The position numbers and the translations under genes were made by a program. Shown here piece after piece: positions 49,629 to 58,244 of a stretch of DNA of 64,000 nucleotides (position 1 is its first letter; every line of letters starts with the position of its first letter). Source of the DNA: an uncultured virus (IMG/VR IMGVR_UViG_3300010226_000003) (taxonomy: Duplodnaviria > Heunggongvirae > Uroviricota > Caudoviricetes). The stretch is from the IMG/VR virus record IMGVR_UViG_3300010226_000003, one strand, 5' to 3'. The notes beneath the pieces are model-generated. The model was not told where the DNA came from and ran no database searches. It saw only the letters and a program-made list of their open reading frames with translations.

Positions 49629-49988
49629 GTGAAGATGCCCAAGGTCAACGTGGAACAGCTCTGGCACGACGCGATCTTCGGAGACGCTTCCAACTCTCGT
49701 TCCGGTGGGGCTGGCTCCCGATGGATGGACGACAAGGAAGCGTGCATGCTTGCCAAGTTCGATGAGCTGCCGCGTGCGTTCATCGACAGCATCGAGAAGG
49801 ACGGCATCAAGACGCCGATCGTCTACGACCCGCGTAACAACCGCGTGACCAACGGTCATCACCGCCTGCTCGTCGCCTACCTGCTCGGCATCACCGAGAT
49901 CGAATACATCGACAGCCGCGACACCTACAACGGTTGGAGTCTCGAAAGGGCTGCAAAGGCCAAGGGTCTTCCGATGGGTCGCAGGTAG
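49629..49988 (+). CDS. ParB/Srx N-terminal-like domain protein
   Basis: DSIEKDGIKTPIV...VTNGHHRLLVA. Confidence 0.75.
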   Translation: MKMPKVNVEQLWHDAIFGDASNSRSGGAGSRWMDDKEACMLAKFDELPRAFIDSIEKDGIKTPIVYDPRNNRVTNGHHRLLVAYLLGITEIEYIDSRDTYNGWSLERAAKAKGLPMGRR

Positions 49989-50094
49989 AAAGGCTGTGGG
50001 GCTTCGGCCCCACTAGCCGCCCCGGTCAGGGGTTGTAATCTCATCTCTGTTCGTGTAGACTTTAGCTATCAGCCAACGAGGCCAGGAGGCCAAA

Positions 50095-50283
50095 ATGGGT
50101 ACTATCGTCACTGTCTACTACGCCGACCGTGACCAGCCCATCAAGTTCCGTGTGAACCTTCCCCTCGAAAAGGTCAAGGACAAGCTGTACTCCAAGATGG
50201 CCATTCTGGAAGAGGCGAACGGCACTCTCTTCATCATCAACTTCGAGAAGGTGGATCAGTTGGAGATCCGCAAGGCATACTGA
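50095..50283 (+). CDS. hypothetical protein
   Basis: AGGAGG RBS. Confidence 0.7.
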   Translation: MGTIVTVYYADRDQPIKFRVNLPLEKVKDKLYSKMAILEEANGTLFIINFEKVDQLEIRKAY

Positions 50284-50413
50284 GCAGCGGGCCGCCTTCG
50301 GGCGGCCTAGCCGCCCCGGCGAAAAGATCTTCGTGGACTGTGTTGCATCCGGTCCCCATTCCTTGCTATAGTAGAGACATCAAAGAGGGAAACACCCTCT
50401 AAGAGAGGAAAAC

Positions 50414-50929
50414 ATGGACGCCTCCAACATCGTTCGTCTCTTCAACGACGCTGAGCTGGACATGAACCTCACCGACGCCTTCGAGCTGGCCGACCGGATC
50501 GTGAACGACTTCCAGCCCGAGATGAACCGACAGGCGAAGGTCGAATACGACTTGGGCCGTGCCCGTGGGCGTGACGAGGGTGCGCAGGAGGTGCGTAACC
50601 AGGGTGTGACATTGGACCGTGGCGAGCTGATCAAGCTGCGCGGTATGGAGGACTTCGTCACCAACATGATCACGGAGGCCGTGCCCGAGATCATCGAGCG
50701 TGTCGGTCGCAACTTCAAGATCATGTGCATCAAGACGCTCCGCGAGAAGTTCCCGTTCCTGAGCATCAAGCAGGCGAAGGACTTCATCGACACCGGCCTC
50801 AACAAGATCATCGAGGACGAGAAGCGCATGCTCCGTGAGGCCACGCAGCGAGCCTACTCCTACAGCAGCTACGACTACGACGACAGCTACGACTACGGCT
50901 GTGGCCCCAACTGTTCCATCTGCGGCTGA
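50414..50929 (+). CDS. protein with ribosomal L7/L12 C-terminal-like domain (paralog of 47250..47834)
   Basis: KIMCIKTLREKFPFLSIKQAKDFID; Cys-rich tail. Confidence 0.6.
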   Translation: MDASNIVRLFNDAELDMNLTDAFELADRIVNDFQPEMNRQAKVEYDLGRARGRDEGAQEVRNQGVTLDRGELIKLRGMEDFVTNMITEAVPEIIERVGRNFKIMCIKTLREKFPFLSIKQAKDFIDTGLNKIIEDEKRMLREATQRAYSYSSYDYDDSYDYGCGPNCSICG

Positions 50930-51061
50930 AAGCTGCGCCCTTCGGGGCGCTAGCCGCCCCGGTCAAAAGATCATGGACAGAAGGTGTTGTACATCGTCGC
51001 ATCCATCTGTTAGACTAGAGACATCGAAAGGGAGGGAAAACCTCCCGGAGAGGTGGTTACC

Positions 51062-51160
51062 ATGGCCGTTACCCTTGCGAAGAGCACGGACGAGCAGGAC
51101 GACACCTACGGTGCGGACGCTCACCTGGACGACTTCGAGATTCTGGTTGACTGCGAGTAG
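51062..51160 (+). CDS. 32-aa acidic peptide
   Basis: GAGGTGG RBS; MAVTLAKSTDEQDDTYGADAHLDDFEILVDCE. Confidence 0.5.
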   Translation: MAVTLAKSTDEQDDTYGADAHLDDFEILVDCE

Positions 51161-51215
51161 ACAAGCCAAGCTCGATACGCTAGACTAAGAACACACCACG
51201 ACGAAAGGCTCAAAA

Positions 51216-51380
51216 ATGAAGGCTCTCGCCATCGCCAAGGTCATCGCCGAGACCCCCATGACCGCCACCGCGCGTGTCCGCCTCGTCCGCAACATCACTG
51301 CTGAGATGACCGACAACATGGCCAACGAGTTCGAGACCATCGCGCTCGGCCTGGATGACTTCGAGGTCGCTCCCAAGTAA
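51216..51380 (+). CDS. small hypothetical protein
   Basis: GAAAGG RBS, GC3-rich, 54 aa. Confidence 0.65.
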   Translation: MKALAIAKVIAETPMTATARVRLVRNITAEMTDNMANEFETIALGLDDFEVAPK

Positions 51381-51483
51381 TCAACTAGCCAATGGCCCCT
51401 CCGGGGGCCATTCGGCCGGGGCGGTCAAAAGATCTTGATCCAAGTATGTTGATTCTCCCTCTTACGTCTGCTAGGATGAATCC

Positions 51484-52206
51484 ATGGGACTCAAGCGAAC
51501 CAATGACCGGAAGACGACCGTCCGAGCCAACACTGCGGGTAAGCAGTCACTGATCAAAAACGCATTCTCCCTTCCCAGCGGTAAGGCATTCTCTTGCCCT
51601 GGTGCGACCGGTGTGTGTGAGACCATCTGCTATGCGGGAAGGATCGAAAAGCAGTATCCAGCATTCCTCGCAGTGGCAATGCACAATTGGGAATTGCTCA
51701 AGGATGCTTCCCTCGCTGAAATGATCACTCTTCTGAGTGACATGATCAATGAATTCGTGACTGAGTGCGAAAAGCACAATGTCCCTAAGCTTTTCCGCTG
51801 GCACGCCGATGGTGACATTTTCTCGGCTGCTTATGCGGAAGCAATCGAGGCTGTTTGCCTTGACTTCCCTGACGTGCAATTCTGGATCTACACTCGGTCA
51901 TTCGAGTATGTAGGATTCATCACGTCAATCCCTAACCTGTCTGTCTACCTTAGTGTGGACAAGGAAAACCTTAACGCCGGGCTTCTTTGCGCGGCTGACA
52001 ATCCCGGTGTCAAAATGGCATATCTGGGAGAAACCTTCAACGAAGGTAAAGAGATCTTCGAAACTCTGACTGGCGTTCCCGGTGGAAAGTGTCCCGAGAA
52101 TGCTAAGCAGATTCCGCTGATTACTAAGAAGGGTGGCGCGTGCGTAACGTGTGGCCTTTGCATCTTCGGTAAGGCGGACATTCGATTCTCTCGCACTAAG
52201 AAATAG
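51484..52206 (+). CDS. Gp88-like Fe-S (radical-SAM-like) phage protein
   Basis: SCPGATGVCETICYA, FRWHADGD, FWIYTRS, C-terminal CP...CVTCGLC. Confidence 0.7.
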   Translation: MGLKRTNDRKTTVRANTAGKQSLIKNAFSLPSGKAFSCPGATGVCETICYAGRIEKQYPAFLAVAMHNWELLKDASLAEMITLLSDMINEFVTECEKHNVPKLFRWHADGDIFSAAYAEAIEAVCLDFPDVQFWIYTRSFEYVGFITSIPNLSVYLSVDKENLNAGLLCAADNPGVKMAYLGETFNEGKEIFETLTGVPGGKCPENAKQIPLITKKGGACVTCGLCIFGKADIRFSRTKK

Positions 52207-52317
52207 CACGGGCCTTCGGGCCGGGGCGGCGAGACAAATCGGACATAATTTCATGTTGACCCTAGCCGCCTGCCCTGTTAGACTTTAACTACAACGAAGG
52301 ACAACGAAGGGAACCAA

Positions 52318-52830
52318 ATGCAGACTCGCCGTGAGTACGCTGCCAGCCTCGGTCTCGCTGAGATGGGCAAGCGTGGTCGGATGAGCGCAAAGGCAAACGA
52401 GGCAGTCAAGGCTGCTGAGGCTGCGGGTACCGTCTTCGCTGACACTGGCGTCGTGCGTACCAACAAGCCGAACGTCGTCAAGGCCGGTGCCTATGACGCT
52501 AAGGCCGTTCGTGCGTGGGCTAAGGCCAACGGTATCGAGGTCAACTCCCGTGGCCGCATCTCCGGTGAGATCCTGGAGGCGTACAGCAAGGCCAACCCGG
52601 ATGTCAAGGCGGAAGCCGTTTCCGGTGTAAAGGCTCCGAGCGGCAAGGATGTTCGTCCGGCTGCGCCGCCTACCCGTGGCAGCAACACGGAGTACGTGGC
52701 CGTTGACCGTAAGGGTAAGGTGTGGCGCTTCACTGAGCGTGAGGCGTGCAAGTGCGGTTACTCCCTGTCTCACTGCTCTTGCGGCAGCCCGGTGGTGCTG
52801 GGCCTTGACGTCGAGGTCAAGAGCAAGTAA
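52318..52830 (+). CDS. lsr2: Lsr2-like DNA-binding protein
   Basis: AVRAWAKANGIEVNSRGRISGEILEAY, canonical Lsr2 C-domain with RGR hook. Confidence 0.85.
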   Translation: MQTRREYAASLGLAEMGKRGRMSAKANEAVKAAEAAGTVFADTGVVRTNKPNVVKAGAYDAKAVRAWAKANGIEVNSRGRISGEILEAYSKANPDVKAEAVSGVKAPSGKDVRPAAPPTRGSNTEYVAVDRKGKVWRFTEREACKCGYSLSHCSCGSPVVLGLDVEVKSK

Positions 52831-52839
52831 GGTATAACT

Positions 52840-53001
52840 ATGGCCAACGTGATGCTCGAAATCGAGCCCAATGGAGATGATCAGGAAGACCAGGCATGGA
52901 GCATGATCCAAGCTCTCGGCCCCTTCCTGTCAACGGTCCTCGGTATGTCTGTCAGCGTATCTGACGGATATGGGAATACGCAAGACTTCGAACCCAAGTA
53001 A
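52840..53001 (+). CDS. small hypothetical protein
   Basis: 53 aa following lsr2. Confidence 0.5.
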   Translation: MANVMLEIEPNGDDQEDQAWSMIQALGPFLSTVLGMSVSVSDGYGNTQDFEPK

Positions 53002-53043
53002 CGGCTACGGCCCCCGAAAGGGGGCCGTTCCATTGGAGGCACA

Positions 53044-53391
53044 ATGGCACGCAATGGCGATATCTTTCGTCAGGCAGAGGTTTCGGTAATTGCTCCTGAT
53101 ATGTATCAGGGTGCACGCACTACGTCTACGCGACGGAGCGCCGGTGAAAAGGATGCCGACAAGATCCTCTCTATACTCGATAAGCGTACATTCAACGCTC
53201 ACGCCCTTGCATACCTGATGTGTTCACAGCATGAGGAATTGCAAAAGCCTCTCTTTGACCTTGCCATCGGAATCATTAACGCAATGGCTGCAAAGGAAGC
53301 TGCGGGCACTACACGCAATGACGACGAATACAATCGAGCTTCTGTGTGCCGGTTCATCATCGAACAGATGATCATTCGTATGGGCACTTGA
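53044..53391 (+). CDS. hypothetical protein
   Basis: GGAGG RBS. Confidence 0.65.
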   Translation: MARNGDIFRQAEVSVIAPDMYQGARTTSTRRSAGEKDADKILSILDKRTFNAHALAYLMCSQHEELQKPLFDLAIGIINAMAAKEAAGTTRNDDEYNRASVCRFIIEQMIIRMGT

Positions 53392-53502
53392 CAGTGCGGC
53401 CTTCGGGCCGCCCCGGTCAAAAGATCATGGTCTGTTGGGTTGCGATCTCTACTGACACTACGTTAGACTAGGATTACCAATCAGGGAGACCTAGGAGGAA
53501 CC

Positions 53503-53895
53503 GTGATCGTTTACCGTGTTGCCCTTCCCCCGACGCATGAGGGCAACCGTACGGGCAAGTGGGCCGGTCCCTATCGTGAGGGTTTCGATTCGTTCGATCC
53601 GTCCGTCAAGGCGGTTTCCAACCGTCTGTGCCGTGAGCACGTTGACGAGACGCACCCCACTCCGTGGACTGATGTGGTCGGCGGAATCATGCCGAATGAG
53701 TTCTGTGTGTTGACCTCTCCTGAGCAGGTGGCGGAGTGGTTCAACGACTTCGGCTATGACCTGGACGACGCGGGTTACATGGTCGTCGCCTATGACACTC
53801 AGTCTGAGGTGCGAGACGGTACCTATCAGTCTGTGGCGGCCGTCAAGGATTCCGAGATTGTCGGTGTGCATGAGCCTCTGGGGATGATTCCCTAA
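53503..53895 (+). CDS. hypothetical protein
   Basis: AGGAGG RBS; MIVYRV...GPY...HPTP. Confidence 0.7.
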   Translation: MIVYRVALPPTHEGNRTGKWAGPYREGFDSFDPSVKAVSNRLCREHVDETHPTPWTDVVGGIMPNEFCVLTSPEQVAEWFNDFGYDLDDAGYMVVAYDTQSEVRDGTYQSVAAVKDSEIVGVHEPLGMIP

Positions 53896-54130
53896 TTGGC
53901 CGTGGCCCCTTCGGGGGCCACAAGCCGCCCCGGCGAAAAGATCTTCCATGAACCATGTAGACACAACACCCTAGACTCTGTTAGACTTGAGCTATCAGCA
54001 AGGGGGAAGGCAAAAGCCCGAAGCCTTGGATGATCTGTTCTTGATCAACTCAACAGTGTGCTCTCTGACTACTTTGACAAGTAGTCCCCGTGCAAGTAAG
54101 CTAGAAGAAACACCTACACTAGGAGCAAAA

Positions 54131-55132
54131 ATGCACGGTCTCGAAATCGGTTCCCGTGGCCAGGTCGCGTTCGCTACCCGTAGCGAGCCTGCGTGGCACA
54201 ACCTCGGAACTGTCTTCGAAGGTGAGCTTTCCACCAGGGAAATGCTCGACCTCGCCCACCTTTCCAACTGGGGCGTTCGACTTGAGCCGCTTGCCCGTAA
54301 GGGTCGGACCAAGAAGAACATGTTCGAGGTCGTTCGTACCAACCCGTTCGATGGGGAGGACGACAGCCTTGGCATCGTCGCGGAGCGCTATAAGGTCGTT
54401 CAGAACGAAGATCTTTTCGGCTTCGGTGACGGCATCCTCGCTGGTGGTGGCACGTGGGAGACTGCCGGTTCTATCAAGGATGGTACGCAGGTCTTCGGAT
54501 CTCTGCGTATCGGCCGTGAGGTGCTGGTGGGTGACGAGGATGTCACGAACATGTATCTCCTCGTGAACACCTCTCACGACGGTTCCCTTGCGGTACAGGC
54601 GAGCGTCACTCCGGTCCGTGTCGTGTGTCAGAACACCCTGAACTTCGCACTCCGTAACGGTGTGAAGCAGACGTTCAAGATGCGCCACACTCAGACCATC
54701 GAGGGTCGCATGGCTGCCGCGCGTGAGGCGCTGAACATCACCTTCGCGTACGCGGATGAGTTCGAGCGTGAGATGAACGAACTGTTCCGCACTCAGTGCA
54801 CGAAGGATCAGTTCGATGAGCTGATCAGCACGGTCTACGGTGAGCGTCCGGCCGAGAACGTCAAGGGTTCTCAGGTCAAGTGGGAGAACAAGCGTGACCT
54901 GCTGATGGGCATCTTCACCGACACGGGCGACGGTCCCAAGACCACTCAGTCTCTGGCCGGTACCATGGCCGGTGCGCTGAATGCTCTGACGGAGCGTCTG
55001 GACTGGTACCGCATGCCCCGTAAGGGCGAGGTTGACAACCTGTTCGCGGCTGCGAGTGGCTTCGACCCGGTTATCAACTCCGAGAAGAACAAGATCCGTA
55101 AGGCTGTCCTGAGCATGTCTCTGGCTGCCTGA
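54131..55132 (+). CDS. DUF932 family protein
   Basis: PAWHNLG, RYKVVQN, ETAGSIKDG, NTSHDGS, TPVRVVCQNTL, RHT; AGGAG RBS. Confidence 0.85.
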   Translation: MHGLEIGSRGQVAFATRSEPAWHNLGTVFEGELSTREMLDLAHLSNWGVRLEPLARKGRTKKNMFEVVRTNPFDGEDDSLGIVAERYKVVQNEDLFGFGDGILAGGGTWETAGSIKDGTQVFGSLRIGREVLVGDEDVTNMYLLVNTSHDGSLAVQASVTPVRVVCQNTLNFALRNGVKQTFKMRHTQTIEGRMAAAREALNITFAYADEFEREMNELFRTQCTKDQFDELISTVYGERPAENVKGSQVKWENKRDLLMGIFTDTGDGPKTTQSLAGTMAGALNALTERLDWYRMPRKGEVDNLFAAASGFDPVINSEKNKIRKAVLSMSLAA

Positions 55133-55242
55133 GTCAACGGCCCCCGCTTCGGCGGGGGCTTTTGGCCGCCCCGGTTATTTTGGCCCGGTGGTAGACATGT
55201 CCCTTGTACTCTGTTAGACTAGTATCAACGAAGGGACAGAAC

Positions 55243-55446
55243 ATGACTCGCACTGTGACTGTGATCGTTCTCGAAGAGGGTATCCGAAGGGAGCTGGAGT
55301 TCACAGGCATCATGGACAATGGCATCGAGTTCGATGTCAAGACTGGCACTCTCACTCTGTGGGAGGAGAAGGGAAAGCTTCTGAACTCCCGTTGGGTCGT
55401 GCCGTTCGTCTCGCACTACAACGTCACTGACGAATTGCAGTGGTGA
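55243..55446 (+). CDS. hypothetical protein
   Basis: ACGAAGGG RBS after TAGACT promoter. Confidence 0.65.
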   Translation: MTRTVTVIVLEEGIRRELEFTGIMDNGIEFDVKTGTLTLWEEKGKLLNSRWVVPFVSHYNVTDELQW

Positions 55447-55739
55447 TTGACACAGAGCAATGACCTTGTTACACTATTGTAGTGAGGTCATAAGGTGTGT
55501 TCCTGGGTCCCCTGTCAGTCCATTCGGGCAAGGGGTTAAATAGCAGAAGGTCGGCTGCAACCCAGGGACCTTTCAATTTCTAACCGCCCCGGTTCATTGC
55601 TTACCCTAACTAACATGATGACTGTACATCTAGATTTTGATTTGTCCGTCATGTCCGATTTTTCGCCCTTTACGATAGGGGCCAAAATCCCCGGAAGATC
55701 TTGAAGCGCATTTACGAATGGGCCGAAATTCCCCGGATG

Positions 55740-56745
55740 ATTTTCAATTTCAAATTCAAGACAGTTAGTTCGGTCTGTCTTATATAAGACATGAAACAAA
55801 GCCTCCCGTCTTTATTGGGAGGCTTCTTCTGTTTTACGATATAAGACATAGGATACACAAGGATGATTGGCCGGTGGCATTAGGTGTCCTTGTACTATAT
55901 AAGACATAGAGAACCAACCAATACTCCACCGGGTCAATTCTACATATAAGACATAGCACAATCAATCTGTCTTGGCTGACTAAGCAGGCTGTATAGCCAT
56001 GGCTGCATAATCTGGCTGTCTATCATGGCTGACTTACGAATTGAAGGCAAAATAGGCATGCATGGCTATGATTCTAAGGTTTATCTGGCATGCCCTTTAC
56101 GAATGCATCAAAAAATGTGCAGAAATGCTGTGTTTTCGCAGGTTTTGGGCCGATTATTGCCAGTTTTCATAGGTTTTGGGGCTATTTTTGATTGTTTTAA
56201 GAGGCCGTCTGAGCCCTTGAATCGACATTTTATTAGGCTGGCTGCATATGTTGGCTGTGAATCGAAGGCTGGAACCCCATTCTGACCTTAGAAATGAAGA
56301 TATGGCTTACGATCTGCCTTCGATTTCCTGCACCATTACACACTAACTTTTCGTTAGTATCTCTATATCAAGATAATTACTAATCTCAGAAAGTTATCCA
56401 CAGGTAAGCACACAGGTTGTGGATAACTATGTCTCGATGTCAAGATACTTTGATGATTCAAGCCTGCTACAGCACTGTTCATACGTCTTCTATCAAGGCT
56501 TCTGACGTGTCTACGTTCGCTTCTCGTAATGCTTTAATTGATTGGTGTCTCTGAGCACCATGTCTTTATTACAAAGGCATACAGAGGTTTCTGTCTGCTC
56601 TGTCTTATCTATCTAGTCTTATATGGTTATGTCTTATGAGTCTTATATGTATGAGGGAACTCTGACCACCGGGCTTTTTCTGACTAAAAATCCATCGAAC
56701 TGATTCGTGACTAAAAAATCGGACTCTGACTAAAAATTCAGCAAA
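55740..56745. other. putative replication origin / iteron region
   Basis: no credible ORF, lies between convergent gene blocks; TATAAGACAT x4, inverted GTCTTAT x4, inverted DnaA boxes, AT-rich tract. Confidence 0.55.
56394..56426. promoter_or_regulatory. inverted pair of perfect DnaA boxes
   Basis: TTATCCACA (56394-56402) and TGTGGATAA (56418-56426). Confidence 0.65.
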
Positions 56746-56792
56746 ACGGAAAAGGACTACCAAATCGGTAGTCCTCGTCCTCATCCCAGTCG

Positions 56793-57071
56793 TCAGTCAA
56801 GACCACTTCTCCGAACCACATCTCTAAACCGGGAGGCATTACTAGTAGCACTTCCATATAGCTCCTCGTCCTTACTCTCATTGAAAGAAGGATCAAATCG
56901 TGATGCCCACGCTAGCCAGTCTGTATTTTCCATTATGCAGCAGAGTACACATTGCTTCTGTGGTCTAGTTGCAAGGGCTGCTCTTATATGGTCTGCTTCA
57001 TGGTGTCTACCTGCTTTACGATGGACTTCCATACGCCGGGCCAAATATCGCCAGGCCATTTTCTCCAGCAT
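56793..57071 (-). CDS. hypothetical protein
   Basis: 92 aa; terminator hairpin at ~56752. Confidence 0.6.
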   Translation of the reverse strand: MLEKMAWRYLARRMEVHRKAGRHHEADHIRAALATRPQKQCVLCCIMENTDWLAWASRFDPSFNESKDEELYGSATSNASRFRDVVRRSGLD

Positions 57072-57308
57072 TCATTCCCCTTGAAATGCTGAATCATCTA
57101 GATCTTCAATGCTCTCGTTGCCTGGCAATTCGTATTCGAACCGGCTACTCACATTCGCTTCATTGAAGGAGTCCTTGATGAACTCAGCTTTGAATTCGGA
57201 TGAATGGCGGAAGACTACTTTGTCAACCTTAGTATCAAGGATGCACCAGTTGTAGCCTTCCACCACCCGGCCTCTTTTAAGAGGCTCCTTTACGATTGTA
57301 TATCTCAT
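57072..57308 (-). CDS. hypothetical protein
   Basis: 78 aa; TTGACA-N17-TAGCAT upstream. Confidence 0.6.
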   Translation of the reverse strand: MRYTIVKEPLKRGRVVEGYNWCILDTKVDKVVFRHSSEFKAEFIKDSFNEANVSSRFEYELPGNESIEDLDDSAFQGE

Positions 57309-57343
57309 AATGTTCTTATGCTAGATCAGAACACATGGATTTG

Positions 57344-57778
57344 TCAATCAGTCTCTTCTGGTCCGCCGTTCAGACGCTCTAGATCCTTGCGAATTGCCTC
57401 GTTGCATTCTTCTGAATCACAGAAGTAACCGTGAAAGTCAATGTCAATTCTGTTTGTCAGCTTCCTGCACATGAAACATTCGCCAGGCTCATCGGAATGC
57501 ATACCGCTTGGATCGTACCAGTAGGTTCCGTAACCATCGCGCATTGGGTATTCATTGTGTCGAATGTCCACTGCCATGTCCTGTGCCTCTCTGAATGCAT
57601 TGAAGGAATTAGCAGCGCTCTCCGCCACCGGGCCTAATTGTTGCATTCGCTGTCGTAGCTGTGAGAACTCACCAGCCACCCGTTCCCATTGTGCCTGAGC
57701 TAGCCGGAAGTCGTCCTCAGACAGATATCCAGCTAGCTCCCAATCACTCTCCCGCCAGCTTTGCACGGTTACCAGCAT
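57344..57778 (-). CDS. hypothetical protein with C-terminal zinc finger
   Basis: CFMC...FCDSEEC. Confidence 0.6.
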   Translation of the reverse strand: MLVTVQSWRESDWELAGYLSEDDFRLAQAQWERVAGEFSQLRQRMQQLGPVAESAANSFNAFREAQDMAVDIRHNEYPMRDGYGTYWYDPSGMHSDEPGECFMCRKLTNRIDIDFHGYFCDSEECNEAIRKDLERLNGGPEETD

Positions 57779-58241
57779 CCTCCAGGATCTTTAGAATCTC
57801 TGCAAGGGTACGGCGAGGATCGTTGTTCCAGTAAATGAAATTGTACTTCTGCGCATCGCCATTCTTCCGACGAACTTCATCGTGAAGCCACTGAGCGGCA
57901 ATGTCGCCGTCTTCCTGATGGAAATAGCCCTTACGATAGAGCCACACCATTGCGCCACGAAGACACAGCCTTCCTTCATCGTCCCGAAGAACTCCCTGTG
58001 CCCATCCCATCTTCCAGATGGCTGCACGCATTGCAAGAAGGATCTGTGAAGGAACGAGCTGTCCCTTCTTTCTCTTAATCTTACCGACCCGCACAGAGGC
58101 GATAGAAGCTGTGCCAGGATCACCCTTGCTCTTGTTACTCTTAGCAAGATCCTTTGCATAGCCTTCGACAAGACCCTTGAATCTGTTTGAGATCTCACCA
58201 TCAGTCATGCGAGCGAGATCAGTCATCAGTGCCATTAGCAC
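57744..58241 (-). CDS. hypothetical protein
   Basis: GWAQG...GRLCLRGA...WNNDPRRT motif. Confidence 0.65.
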   Translation of the reverse strand: MLMALMTDLARMTDGEISNRFKGLVEGYAKDLAKSNKSKGDPGTASIASVRVGKIKRKKGQLVPSQILLAMRAAIWKMGWAQGVLRDDEGRLCLRGAMVWLYRKGYFHQEDGDIAAQWLHDEVRRKNGDAQKYNFIYWNNDPRRTLAEILKILEDAGNRAKLAGE

Positions 58242-58244
58242 CTC

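Larger units (their letters stand above)
46038..55592. repeat. dispersed intergenic GCCGCCCCGG motif after UUCG-type hairpins (cassette array)
   Basis: forward at 46038, 46744, 47128, 47869, 48555, 49003, 49537, 50016, 50310, 50953, 53407, 53924, 55165 and (ACCGCCCCGG) 55583; inverted at 51416 and 52221. Confidence 0.95.

Noticed and set aside
46020..55600. CRISPR array
   Set aside because: Repeats are only ~10 bp and separated by whole genes; no cas genes seen in the window.
44058..55757. TTTCAAATTC at ~44061 and ~55748 as paired terminus signals
   Set aside because: A single 10-bp AT-rich match could be chance; weaker than the GACTAAAAA clusters, so not promoted to a finding.
56025..56285. 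86-aa ORF (and 55536..55799) in the origin-like region
   Set aside because: No RBS, atypical composition, overlaps repeat motifs; likely spurious.
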